The translations under genes and the position numbers were made by a program. A stretch of 64,000 bases of DNA from Octopus sinensis (Eukaryota), in contig NC_042997.1 in the NCBI RefSeq assembly GCF_006345805.1, forward strand, positions 98,456,001 through 98,520,000. The letters run 5' to 3'. How positions within the stretch are numbered: position 1 is the stretch's first letter; every line of letters starts with the position of its first letter. Below, in pieces: positions 51,150-64,000 of this stretch. The notes beneath the pieces were generated by a model. That model saw nothing but the letters and a program-made list of their open reading frames with translations, had not been told where the DNA came from and did no database searches.

Positions 51150-51940
51150 TATATTAAAATAGAAAACTTATTTATTTTTGTATTATTTATTCCGTATTAT
51201 ATGTTTCATTACTAAGATTTACATAAGTGTGTATGTAGACAGACGCATAAGACATTTATTATTAATACTTTTGACCGAATATTGAAATATTATACACACA
51301 CACACAAACACACACACGCACATACGGCTAACCACAGCGATCAGTATCAAACTTTTTTGCGATACGTATTTACGTGGTATCTTTGCTGGGCAGTAAATAT
51401 TGTTTGGAGTGCATTGTAATATTGATAATAATAAAGAGTATGGAGACTCGTACATCCACAGAACTTATTCAGCAGTTATATACAGAACATTATAATTACC
51501 TACACGTGTTTCTATTGCAGCGACTACTCACTGTTGCAAATGCAGCCTTGCAATATTGTCAGTGCAGCTCCATCAGAACCCGTCCATTTGATAATCCTCG
51601 AGGATACACCGGTAATATTGCAAGTTTGCATTTGCAACAGTGAGTGGACACTGCAGCGGAATTACGTGTAGGTCATTATAAGTGGGGTATATACGTAAAA
51701 TATGAATTTTGTGGAAGCAAAAGTCTCCATAGTCTTTATTATTATTATCATTAATATTTATGTATGTATTTACATGCATTTACACGCATATGCATGTATG
51801 TATATATGTACGTGTATGTATGTGTGTATTTCTGTGCGCGTGGGTGTGTACATACATAAATATATTTACACACACATATATACATACAGATATCTGTACA
51901 TAAATGTAAATATAGAATCATACACACGTATGTAGACATG

Positions 51941-51994
<54 letters not shown>

Positions 51995-52120
51995 TATATA
52001 TCCATATATATATATATATATAACGGGAAGCTTTATGAAAATAGACAAAAGACGAAGGCAGGTGGAAAACAAACAAACAATTGTATTAGTATGGCGCTCA
52101 GGAAATATAAATAAAACAAG

Positions 52121-52158
52121 TCTTTAACGTTTCGAGCCTACGCTCTTCAACAGAAAGA
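52121..52158 (-). ncRNA. Minimal hammerhead-like motif (A6U core, palindromic mini stem III)
   Basis: Minus strand: TCTTT-CTGTTGA-aGAGC-gtag-GCTC-GAAA-CG-TT-AAAGA. Confidence 0.5.
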
Positions 52159-52323
52159 TACACAGAGAAAAAAAAACACAGAAAGAAGGAGAGAAAAAAA
52201 TATGCGTGCAGTAACTAAGGAATCAACATGGCGATCTGATTTCGGCCAGAAGTCAAAGATCAAACATGAGACGCGAGAGCGAAATTAGGGGAGATAATAG
52301 GGTTGAATGACCTACTCCAACAT

Positions 52324-52364
<41 letters not shown>

Positions 52365-52380
52365 AGAGAGTATTAGTGCG

Positions 52381-52427
<47 letters not shown>

Positions 52428-53640
52428 CCAGATAGATATATAGATAGATAGATAGATAGATTGATAGAAAGGGAGAAAGAGAGGGGGAGAAAAAGAGAGG
52501 GAACCAGAGAAAGCTACTTATATAACTACATACACACACAAACAAGCAGGGACATATTCGCATAGATGTGTCTTTTCGCTTGCTCGGGAAGTTAATTTAG
52601 TAGTGATAATAACAATGCCGCTATAATGTTGTCGAAATAAAAACAAGAGATTCATACGAACACTATATTAAATGTCTGAAATATAAGTAATTCGTCGTTG
52701 TATAATACTGTAGGTTACTAACTTAAATGACGGTTTTAGGAATCTAGGAACTTATAACAGAAGACAATAGAAAAATCGATTTGGAGATATCTAATGCTTA
52801 CCATGTTTGTATTCTATAAATCCCCCTTTTAAACTCACGTCAAGTTACCTGCTTTATATTTTACTAGAATATCTTTTATGTTGCATCGAGTAACACAACA
52901 TAGTTAAGTAATATGCATTAGATGTGCAAGGCAACTATTTCTGATTTAATTCAAGACTGATATATTTATGCCGAAGCGTCTAACGTACAAACAATATATA
53001 TGAGGTGAGTTTTAATGTTCCTTCATTTTGTCTTTCTCAACATCTGTTTCTATTCAATTTTGATAAATGTAGTACAAAGTCATTATTTTCTTTATTTCCT
53101 ACCGGTGAAGTATGCGTCCGTCCCCAGACAGTTCCAGGACGGCGAGAAAAGGTTGCTAGTTCTTCGCTCAACCTTTCTTTATTTCTGCAGAAATGAACAC
53201 CGTGACCATACGTGAAATAGAGAAGGGAGACTGAGATGGGGAGAAGGAGGGAGGTATCAAGTTCAGTTTCTGATTAGTGTTTTAGTGTGTCCTGGATAAG
53301 AGTAACGACTGCATTTTAATTCAATAAATGAGAAACTGTTAACCAGACAAAAGACTAAAACGCAAGTCTATTACCGGTAAAATTCGTTAGATATATTGAA
53401 TCTACGAGAAACAAAGGTATGAATAACATCAGTTGCATACAACAATAAGAAAAAGATAAACGTTCATGTTTCCTATTCTTTCCTTCCTAATATATTCCAT
53501 TGAATCTGGCCTTTCTAGAAAAAAAAACGGGAAAAAAACCTAGGATAAGTATAGAGTATATTTTTTAATTCATGCTTTATGGAAAATATTTGACGTAACG
53601 TCAAATACTTTCCCTCTAAAGCTTCAGGACGTTACGCTTC

Positions 53641-53800
53641 TACGAGAGGTTGCTTAAAAGTTCCTGGCTTTGGATAAAAGAAAATACAGAAGGATAAGTT
53701 AATTTGATGTCATTCAACAGATTCCCCTCTGAGATTCACACACTTATTGCAGCGGTCTTAAATTTTTCTAAGCCCTGGAAAAGATTTTCAGAAACTTTTC
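53641..53800 (+). mobile_element. Probable mariner/MITE terminus
   Basis: TA|CGAGAGGTTGCTTAAAAGTTCCTGGCTTT resembles mariner TIRs; no partner end identified. Confidence 0.4.
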
Positions 53801-54266
53801 AGCCCTCACCCCCCATTGGTACTCTGTTTGACATTCCTTACACTTTCATCAAAGTGATCTGTACTTATATTCCGAACTTTCAGCCAGGTGGAAAAAAATC
53901 TGCTGTCTTCGTTGCCTTATTGTCAGTGGTCACTATGGGGAGTATGTGTTGTATTGAGCTATGCAGAAAGTGCACAAATGTGAATTTTATTATTGAATCG
54001 TATAACAAATCTGTAAAGATTGTACCCGTAATAATTTTTGCATTAGGGACTCTGAGTGGTGAATTAAGGAAATGATAAAGAAGATTAGAATTAAATGCCT
54101 TGTAAGGGTTCTTACGAACAGGGAAGAATATCAGATCGGTTTCGAACACCTGATGACTAAATGAAAACATGTAGATATCTAAGGCTACAGGTGGTCACTA
54201 GCTACCCACATGGATTCTACGAGGAATAAGATCAATTGAGCGATTTAAGCATCTATAATTGGTCAA

Positions 54267-54267
54267 G

Positions 54268-54337
<70 letters not shown>

Positions 54338-54365
54338 CTGCTGCTGCTACTGCTGCTGCTGCTTT

Positions 54366-54403
<38 letters not shown>

Positions 54404-54415
54404 CTGCTGCTGCTG

Positions 54416-54451
<36 letters not shown>

Positions 54452-54476
54452 ATAATAATAATAATAATAATAATAA
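54267..54476. repeat. Compound (ACT)n/(GCT)n/(AAT)n microsatellite
   Basis: Direct reading. Confidence 0.95.
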
Positions 54477-54564
54477 TTCTTTCTACTGGAAGCACAAGGT
54501 CTCAAATTTGGGGGAAGGTATTAAGTCGATTACATTGATCCCAGTGAGTAACTGGTACTTTAAT

Positions 54565-54790
54565 CGACGTTTTGCGTTTGGCTTTAGATGGTGTTTTGGT
54601 GGTGTCACTACAGGTCTAGGTTTACGGTTATCTTGGTTCTTCTTACCTGGTCGTTCGGTTTCTTGAGAGTTTGTTCCAGCAGCAGACATTTGGACCCCAG
54701 TCTCGTCCGCCACTAGTTAACGTGGTCCTTGTCCCGGGCGATGACCGATCCGACATGATTTTTGGTCTGACATTAAAGCATTGACAGTAA
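54565..54790 (-). pseudogene. Possible 5' coding start of an R4/Dong-like element
   Basis: Minus strand MSDRSSPGTRTTLTSGGRDWGPN...AAGT resembles R4-type N-termini (recalled, not aligned). Confidence 0.35.
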
Positions 54791-54939
54791 CAACAGAAGA
54801 CGTTTATTTGTTCTTCGAATGGATATATTTATCATATCGTAGGCTGATGGATCGAAAATCGCCTCTATTTTTTGGTAACTATGTTTCCGGGCATAATTCT
54901 TTAGTGGTGTTTTAAACTGAGTGACTAATTTGCTCTTTT

Positions 54940-55579
54940 TTTTATATTCGATAGGGTAGGACAGTATTTATATCGGAAAATATGTAAACACTACAAAATC
55001 AGCAGTCCTGCTTACTGGTATGAACTTCACCCTGAGCCAATCGTTGAAGGTTAAAATGTCACTATCCTACGAGATTTTCCAGTCGACACCGATAGAATGA
55101 TCCAGGTTAATCGACCAGACATAGTCATTAAAGACAGAGAAGAAAGTAATAGTAGACTAATAGATGTAAGTGTTCCAACTGATAAAAATATATCTGTAAA
55201 GGAATTTAACAAATTAAGTAAATATAAGTATTTGAAAATTGAAATACAAATGATGTGGCATCTTAAAGCGAGAACGGTTCCTGTTATTGCGGGTACCTTT
55301 GGTATGATAAAAAAGGGATGTCAGAAACATTTAGATCATATTCCAGGAGAACCATGTCTGAGAGAAATCCAAAAGAGTGTGCTGACAAGTACTGCCCACA
55401 TCCTAGGAAAAACCCTATCAGTTTACATGTCTGTGTTGTCTTACACTAAGATATTTCGCTACCGCATCTTGCCCTTCCCAAGCTTTCAGTCATACTGTAA
55501 CATCTCTTATATTTCACTCGCCCTAGAACACCGGGTGTGTCTCGGCGAGTGATTGTAACAAAGATGCAGATAAAAAGTA

Positions 55580-55615
<36 letters not shown>
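54940..55615 (+). mobile_element. 3' end of an R4/Dong-like element followed by (AAT)n
   Basis: NRPDIVIKD...LIDVSVP...KLSKYKYLKIEI...VLTSTAHILGKTL (RLE domain). Confidence 0.85.
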
Positions 55616-55618
<3 letters not shown>

Positions 55619-55699
55619 GCATATTGTCTCTGGCTGTCCAGTCCTGGTTAAGAACGAATATATTCACCGACACGACAGAGTTGGGAGCTACATACACTG

Positions 55700-56262
55700 G
55701 AAGCTATGCCAACATTATAGAATAACAACAGAAAAAAGATGGTATAGGCACACACCAGAAAAGGTCACAGAAAACGAGAAAGCAACCATACTCTGGGATA
55801 TGCCAATACACACAGATAGAGAAATTAAGGCCAACAGACCAGATATAGTTGTCAGAGATAACGAAGAAAAAAATGCTTTCTAATTGATGTATCAATACCA
55901 GCACATGACAACATTTCTCTAAAAGAAATGGAGAAACTTTCAAAATACAAAGACCTGGAAATAGAGGGAACTCGAATGTGGAGTCTAAAAATAGAAACAA
56001 TTCCTATCATAGTAGGTGCATTAGGTAAGATAAAAAAATATTCTGGTAAAATACATAACAAAACCACCAGGACTAACAAATATATATAACATACAGAAAA
56101 TAGCACTACTAGGTCCACACACATCCTACGCAAAATACTTTCAATACAGTAACTATAAAAGCATCACAACAGACCACAGCACATACCCAAGGCATACAGA
56201 GCTATGTCCGGCAGTGCAGTGAAAGCATGTGATAAAAATAAGACTGTTGAATGATAATAATA
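55700..56262 (+). mobile_element. 3' end of another R4/Dong-like element followed by AAT repeats
   Basis: TILWDMPIHTDREIKANRPDIVVRD...LIDVSIP...KYKDLEIE...HILRKILSIQ. Confidence 0.85.
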
Positions 56263-56800
56263 AGAGCAACAACAACAACAACAACAATAATAATAATAAT
56301 AATAATAATAATACGTAAGCACAACTTGTATTGCAACAACACAATTGAATTCAGAAATTTAAAAAATCATCGACGTGAATATCAGATAATATGTGTGTGT
56401 GAGTATACATATACATATGTGTGTGGGTATATATATATATATATATATAGTTTTTTTCTCTTTTCCTACCATTAATTACAAATATAAAAAGCTGAATTGC
56501 TTTTCAAGGTAGCGCTGGTACTAGTGAACAGGTTTTACCTCTCTTGACCTAAAATGTCCTTTGTCTCTTTGGATGACCTCTGCTGAATCTTTTTATAGAC
56601 CTATAGAACATGACCTCTTTACCAAATGCTAACCAACTATCCCCTCAAACAATGGTAGTAGTGGTGGCGATGGTTATAATGATAAAAATTTTTAAAATAA
56701 TAATAAGCTACTGCTGTGACTACACATAAAACAATATCATTGATGATGATGATGATGGTGATGGTGATAATAATAGTAATAATAATAATAACAATAATAA

Positions 56801-59800
56801 CTGACAGATCCTTTTTTTACCGTATTTTATTCTGATTTTCTCGAACTAACACAGGCAGAGTGAACCTTTAAAAAAAAAACTATGTTCGGAGATAAGTCTA
56901 TCAACAAAAAAAATACAGACGAATGCAGATCTGCTAGCCTTAAAAAACGGCGCTACTAACAATGTTTACATGCAGAGAATCCTAAACTGACAGATCAGTC
57001 TCTTAATGTAAGACTCGAAGCTCGTCATGCTTCAATGTCAACAAAGCAAATTACAAACCGCAATGGTCATCGAGCGGATTACAAAAGACCACGTACCCGA
57101 AAATTGAACCAAATTCTGATTGAAAAATCAGCTACTGGATCAAATCTTCCCGACACACAGGAGCTGGATGTACCCCACAACCGGAATATTCCAACAGATG
57201 GCCATCCATGCCCGTCACTAAATAATCAAAAGAAAAAGAAGGAAAAATGGTCTAGGGAAGATAATAAAGAAGTTCTTGCGGCCTTCTACCATGCCATATA
57301 TTTCCCCACAGATAAATCTAACACTGTACAAACATACTTAAACTGGAGACAGAAACACCCTGAAGCAAGGCCCTTTATAGACAGTAACAAACTTGCCAAC
57401 GTCAGAAGAAACATTATAAAAAAAAAATTACTGACTGAAGTAGAGATTGATCAAATTAGACAAGCAGTAACAGATAAAATGAACGAAGCTGCAGCTAAAG
57501 AAGATAATACAGAGGAAATAATAATTATAGACCAGTCAGGGCTGATAAAAACGAAGTAAGGATTGAAATAGTTAGTATAAGTGATAGGCAAAGTGAAATA
57601 CTCCCTGAACCAATCATAAACACTAAGACAGATGAACATCAAATAGATGAAGTCACACAAATATTGACCCAACAGAGCTACATAAGCTAAAATATCAAAT
57701 CATGATTGAATGGCTGAGAATTAAAGAAACCAGTATGGATGAACGCGATACACTCCCTAAAATTCGCAAATCTAACCAAAACATGAAAGTAATTGGTAAA
57801 ATCCGGCTTGCACTTAAGGATATAATTTCAGCTAATGATGTTGATATCATAGACCTCAACCACCTGTACTATGCATCCGCGAAAATCTCAACGATCCTAT
57901 GTTGTGAAAAGATTAGAAAACGGCAACATTCCCACAAAAAGCCTTCTTGGCAAGAGCGTATGCAACAACAAATTAAACTATTTAGATCTGACATTGAATA
58001 TTTGAAAAACCTTAAGGTTGACAAGACTACCAAACCTACAAAAACCCCCAAATTAATGAAAAAAATATAATATGAAAACTATACTTGATATTGATGCTAC
58101 CATAGAAACCATCAAGCAAAAGGTATCTGCTAAAGCTGCCCGCATAGCGAGGTATGAAAAGCGTGTTAGATTCTTCAAGGACAACATGTTCAAAAATAAC
58201 CCCAAAACGTTTTACAGGAAGATAGGAAAAACACCAGTTACTGTAAAGTCTGTACCATCTAAAGGAGAAGTGCAGGGATTTTGGAATAAAATTTGGGCAG
58301 AAGAAAAAACACACAACGAAAAGGCCCCCTGGATTGATAGAATATCTACAGAACTGGACTCCTTAGAAGAGCAAAAGTGGGAGGGTGTCAAGGTAGAAGA
58401 TATAAGATCTGCTATCAAGAGGTCAAGCAAATGGAAGTCTCCAGGAAAGGATAAAATTCCTAACTTCTGGTTGAATGCCTTCCCAGATAGCCATGAACTG
58501 CTAACAGAACTTTACAATCATGTTTAGCAACACCCTAATAGGATGCCTCCTTGGCTAGTTAATGGGTTAACATTCCTGCTTCCAAAAAGTGAAGAAACAA
58601 ATGAATAAAAAACTATAGACCCATAACCTGCTTAACAACTATGTATAAAACGCTAACATCTGTCCTGACGGAATACACCTATAGTTTTTTAACAGACAAC
58701 AGCATATTACCTAATGAACAGAAAGGATGTAAACGTGGATCCTGTGGTTGTAAAGATCAACTACTCATCAATAAGATGATCTTAGAAGATTGTCACAAAC
58801 GACACAAAAACTTATCAATAGCTTGATAAAAAGGCTTTTGATAGCCTACCACATAGCTGGATTAAGAAATGCCTGGAAATGTATAAAATAGCACCTACTC
58901 TGCAAAACTTTTTGTCTGTAAGTATGAGATCATGGAGAACCACATTAACTTTGAACAGTGACAATGAATCTCTAAATGCTGGTGAGGTAAAAATTTCATG
59001 TGGCATATTCAAGCGTGACTCACTATCACCACTCCTCTTTTGTTTAGCCTTAATACCTCTCTCAAAATTGCTCAATGACGTGCAGTACGGATATAAAATG
59101 TTTGATAAAATTATAAATCATCTCATTTACATGGATGATTTAAAGCTTTTTGCAAAAAATGACCAACAACTCAAGGGCTTACTAGCGATTGTTAAACAAT
59201 TCAGTGATGACATCAGAATGCAATTTGGCCTCGATAAATGTGCAAAGGCTACCTTTATCAAAGGAAAAATGACAGAGGCATCTAACGTTAACCGTGACCA
59301 GCAGAATGTCATAAAAGAATTAGACCCAGCGGAGAGCTACAAGTATCTAGGGATAATTGAAGGGGCCGGAATAAGGCATTCAGTGATGAAGGAAAGGATC
59401 AGGAGAGAATCTTATCGCAGAGTAAGAGCAATACTCAAGACAGAGCTGAAAGCAAGAAACAGGATCGAAGCGATCAATGCTTTAGCCATACCAATCGTGA
59501 CTTATAGTTTCAATATCGTTAACTGGTCAATTACTGAAATATGTAATCTTGACAGAAAAATACGAAAACTGTTGTCAATGCATAGAATGCACCACCCTAA
59601 AGTAGATACAGAACGACTTTATCTGCCAAGAAAAGAGGGAAGCCGTGGACTTTTACAACTGGCAATAACAATGAAGATTGCTACAATTGGCCTAGACACC
59701 TACCTGCAAAACTCTGAGGACTGGATGTTAAAACTTGTCTCAAAACATGAAAACAGTAACAAAACAAGCAAAGGAATATCTAAGTGAATTCCGAATACAA

Positions 59801-60842
59801 CAAATTTCGGAATTAGAGATAGACATACAAGAAACAGGCACAGAAAAAGCTAAGCGCATGAAAACCCGTGCTAAATCTGCGGCCTTAGATATTCTGAATG
59901 ATAAATGGCAAGAAAAACCTTTCTATGGCAAATACCCAAAGAGAGTGAATAATGCAGATGTTGACAAAGCCCTGACCCATCAATGGCTAATGGCCTCTGG
60001 CTTAAAATCTGAAACAGAAGGGTTTATCATAGCAGCTCAAGATCAATGCCTACCAACATATTAAAGAACGGCAGTAGCCCAACATGTCGTGTATGTCAAC
60101 AACAAAATGAAACACCATTGATCATGTTGTCTCCAAGTGCAGTCTTCTAGCGCCTACAGAGTATCTCAACAGGCATGATAGAGCTGCAGAATATATTCAC
60201 TGGGTAATTTGCAAAAACCCGGATTTGCCCCATGAAAAAAACTGGTGGGAACACAAACCACCTCCAGTGCTTGAAAATGACCACATCTCACTCCTCTGGA
60301 ACTTCACCATTCAAACTGACAGAAAGATAGATGCAAATAGGCCAGACATCATATTGAAAGACTTCAGACAAAAAAGATGCCTCCTCATTGATATGACTGT
60401 CCCAATCGATATAAACGTATCTGTCAAGATCTACCAAAAACTGAGCAAATATAAAGATCTTGAAATAGAAATCAGCAAAATGTGGAAGCTGAACACTAAA
60501 ACAATACCTGTTGTCATAGGGGCCCTGGGAATGATAGCAAAAGGGGCTGATTGCTACCTAACTCAGATACCAGGAAACCCCAAAATGGCAGAAATTCAAA
60601 AGATAGTGCTCATGGGAACTACTCATATCCTACGCAAAATACTTTCTATGTAATCCCAAGGTTAAAAACAAACGTAATTTGCGTTTTTTTTAGACATTCA
60701 CTAGTACAACACCAAAAAAACCCCCAAATATATGGCACACTAGGCATCACAACAACATGAACTTCCAACCTGTTGTCTCTTGAGGTCTCTGGGTGAGACT
60801 TGGAGCCAACTTGTACAAATATAAAGCAAAAGTCAAACATAG
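56801..60842 (+). mobile_element. Near full-length R4/Dong-like non-LTR retrotransposon (RT + CCHC + RLE) with stops and frameshifts, inserted in (AAT)n
   Basis: Colinear ORFs 57035-60653: WKSPGKDKIPNFW, QKGCKRGSCGCKDQL, GIFKRDSLSPLLF, HLIYMDDLKLF, YKYLGI, CRVCQ..H..C, NRPDII..LIDMTVP..KYKDL; (AAT)n on both flanks. Confidence 0.93.
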
Positions 60843-60942
60843 AATAATAATAATAATAATAATGATAATAATAATTTTCACCTCGCAATAACCACGCCTC
60901 GGATAACCCTCACTGGCCATGGCACCGACAAGTCATCCGGAT

Positions 60943-61065
<123 letters not shown>

Positions 61066-62129
61066 TGTTGTTGTTGTTATCATTATCAAGGGTTGAGTGT
61101 CGTCCACGATTAGTTAACATCCAATTATCAAAGCTTTTATTTTCGGAAAGAAACCCTGTTAGACTTCCAATGTGCTCTTCTTAAGACGATATTATGTAAT
61201 AAGACGGAAGTTTGGTAGCTATTTCTATGAACCCAAACAATCGCACGGTGGGTAGCTCTTTGGAACGCTTCACAAATTTGTGGGTCAATTCGTTAAAATA
61301 TTTGCAGCACCTAATTCCCGTAGAAACTTTACATCCTTATCCATGTTATAGAAAACACGTAAGAAATATTGAAATGTGAATAAAAAAGAGCTATCTAAAG
61401 ATGATAGCCAAAGATATTATATAGTAGCAGTTCTTCAGGTATAGAAACAAAATCTACTACCTTATTCCTGTTATGGAGCCTGAATAAGAGAAGAATTGAT
61501 AACATTATTGAGAGAAACCATAACGTTCTACGGGAACTGCTTACTTTCTGCTCGCATAAGGAAAGCGAAAATATCGAAGTGCAGACACTAGAAAAATATT
61601 TTTCAAGAAATTCTTCCAGAAGCAGGTGGCTTACCATCTCAATAATGGTAAGCAACATTTAATTGCCAGCCACTCTCTATCAGAGCTATTATATATTTTA
61701 ATAATCCAAGGTATATTCAAGGAATGACTAACAAATAATAGAACGAGCTATATATACACTGTAACTGAAGAAAAACAAATTTTCATGGACAAGAATATAC
61801 ATCATGTGACCAACAACTAGGCAGTAACAACCAAGCACGAGCAAATGAAAAAGTTCTGTCCGGGCAGAATGTCATTAAAAATGTGTGAGATGTAGGCACT
61901 ACAGAGAGAAACTGGAACACATTGCTGCGCATAAACTACTTAAATATAGTCAGTATACGTTTCATTTGTATATTTTGGTTATATCACACATAGACACATG
62001 CATACAGACTCACATGTGCATATAAACATAAATACCTTCATATACGGATAGGCATATGCGTACATGCATATTTTCATATTTATACAAACATAAATATATC
62101 ATCATTATTATTATCATTATTATTATTAC

Positions 62130-62471
62130 GGAGATGTACTCGCATAGCAAGAGATTTGATCTGAGATCGTGTGCTAGAACGAAAACAATTGCAGCGTGGA
62201 AGGTGTTTGTGAGCCATTTAAGAAACACACAAAAGCCGTTCGATTCATTTCAACATTTAAGTTTAATTTGTCAAAATATTTTCGTCACTAAAATCTGCGA
62301 CCTGTTCACTGACAAAAATCCGTGCAGCACGGATTTTTGTCAGTGAACAGGTCGCGGATTTTAGTGACGAAAATATTTTGACAAATTAAACTTAAATGTT
62401 GAAATGAATCGAACGGCTTTTGGGTGTTTCTTAAATGGCTCACAAACACCTTCCACGCTGCAATTGTTTTC
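62130..62471. mobile_element. Fold-back mini-element with G3-C8 hammerhead-like motif on both arms
   Basis: Near-perfect palindrome 62181-62471; TTGTCA-GTGAACA-gGTCGC...GTGAC-GAAA-ATAT-TT-TGACAA at 62337-62384(+) and 62268-62315(-); flanked by (ATT)n. Confidence 0.75.
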
Positions 62472-62519
62472 ATTATTATTAATATATATATGATAATAAC
62501 ACACTCACATACATACACA

Positions 62520-62565
<46 letters not shown>

Positions 62566-62834
62566 ATAATAAATATTATTATATTATATATAATATATTA
62601 TAAATCCAAATTTACAGGGAAAAATCAGATTTAGGATTGAATCCAATTTTATAGTAAAATATTATATTATATTAATTAGAGACAAAACCACTATTATGCA
62701 AATCGAACAGAGAAAGACTTAAGCCAATACATAAAATTTTTTATATAAATTAAATATAATTAAAATAACCACTACGATCGTTTCGTGTCAGCACTTCTGT
62801 TTGATTTGCATAATAGTGGTTTTGTCTCTAATTA

Positions 62835-63839
<1,005 letters not shown>

Positions 63840-64000
63840 GTATATATATTCATATAAGTGAGAACTTCGCATATGGGCAGCACCCGCAAAATTGAAAAAG
63901 CACTGACATCTCATTTTAGTAGATATATTTAGCAAAATTACATACAGATACCTTGAAATGCTAAAAAGTAAATTAATTCAATAAAATCGCCATTGGCTTC

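Noticed and set aside
62767-62800. Half hammerhead (GTG-ctga-CAC-GAAA-CGATCG-TA-GTGGT, minus strand)
   Set aside because: The CUGANGA half is lost at an inversion breakpoint, leaving only a fragment

Overview
AT-rich, microsatellite- and transposon-dense eukaryotic DNA. The SINE families, (TA)n/(AAT)n load and Penelope content suggest a cephalopod, probably Octopus (inference). One host gene is supported: the first coding exon of an AQP4-like aquaporin (43522-44115, +), followed by an intron that runs off the window. Most short ORFs in the track are microsatellite artefacts. The rest is mobile DNA: Penelope-like elements (PLE), R4/Dong-like and HERO-like non-LTR retrotransposons, a CR1/L2-group LINE end, mariner relics, Helitrons and tRNA-derived SINEs. 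The most striking structure is a three-level nested insertion at 9552-16346. An ORF1-only (CCHC knuckle, no RT) Tx1/L1-like element sits in three head-to-tail copies at one target site, at the base of a hammerhead ribozyme. That hammerhead belongs to a 363-bp retrozyme-like repeat, which is itself inserted in a 491-bp hammerhead-bearing PLE-type unit within a (TA)n tract. About 17 hammerhead-like motifs from roughly 11 unrelated small repeats were read by eye. Several carry compensatory U3-A8 or G3-C8 swaps of the catalytic C3-G8 pair. All structures and boundaries were read manually and are unverified by computation.
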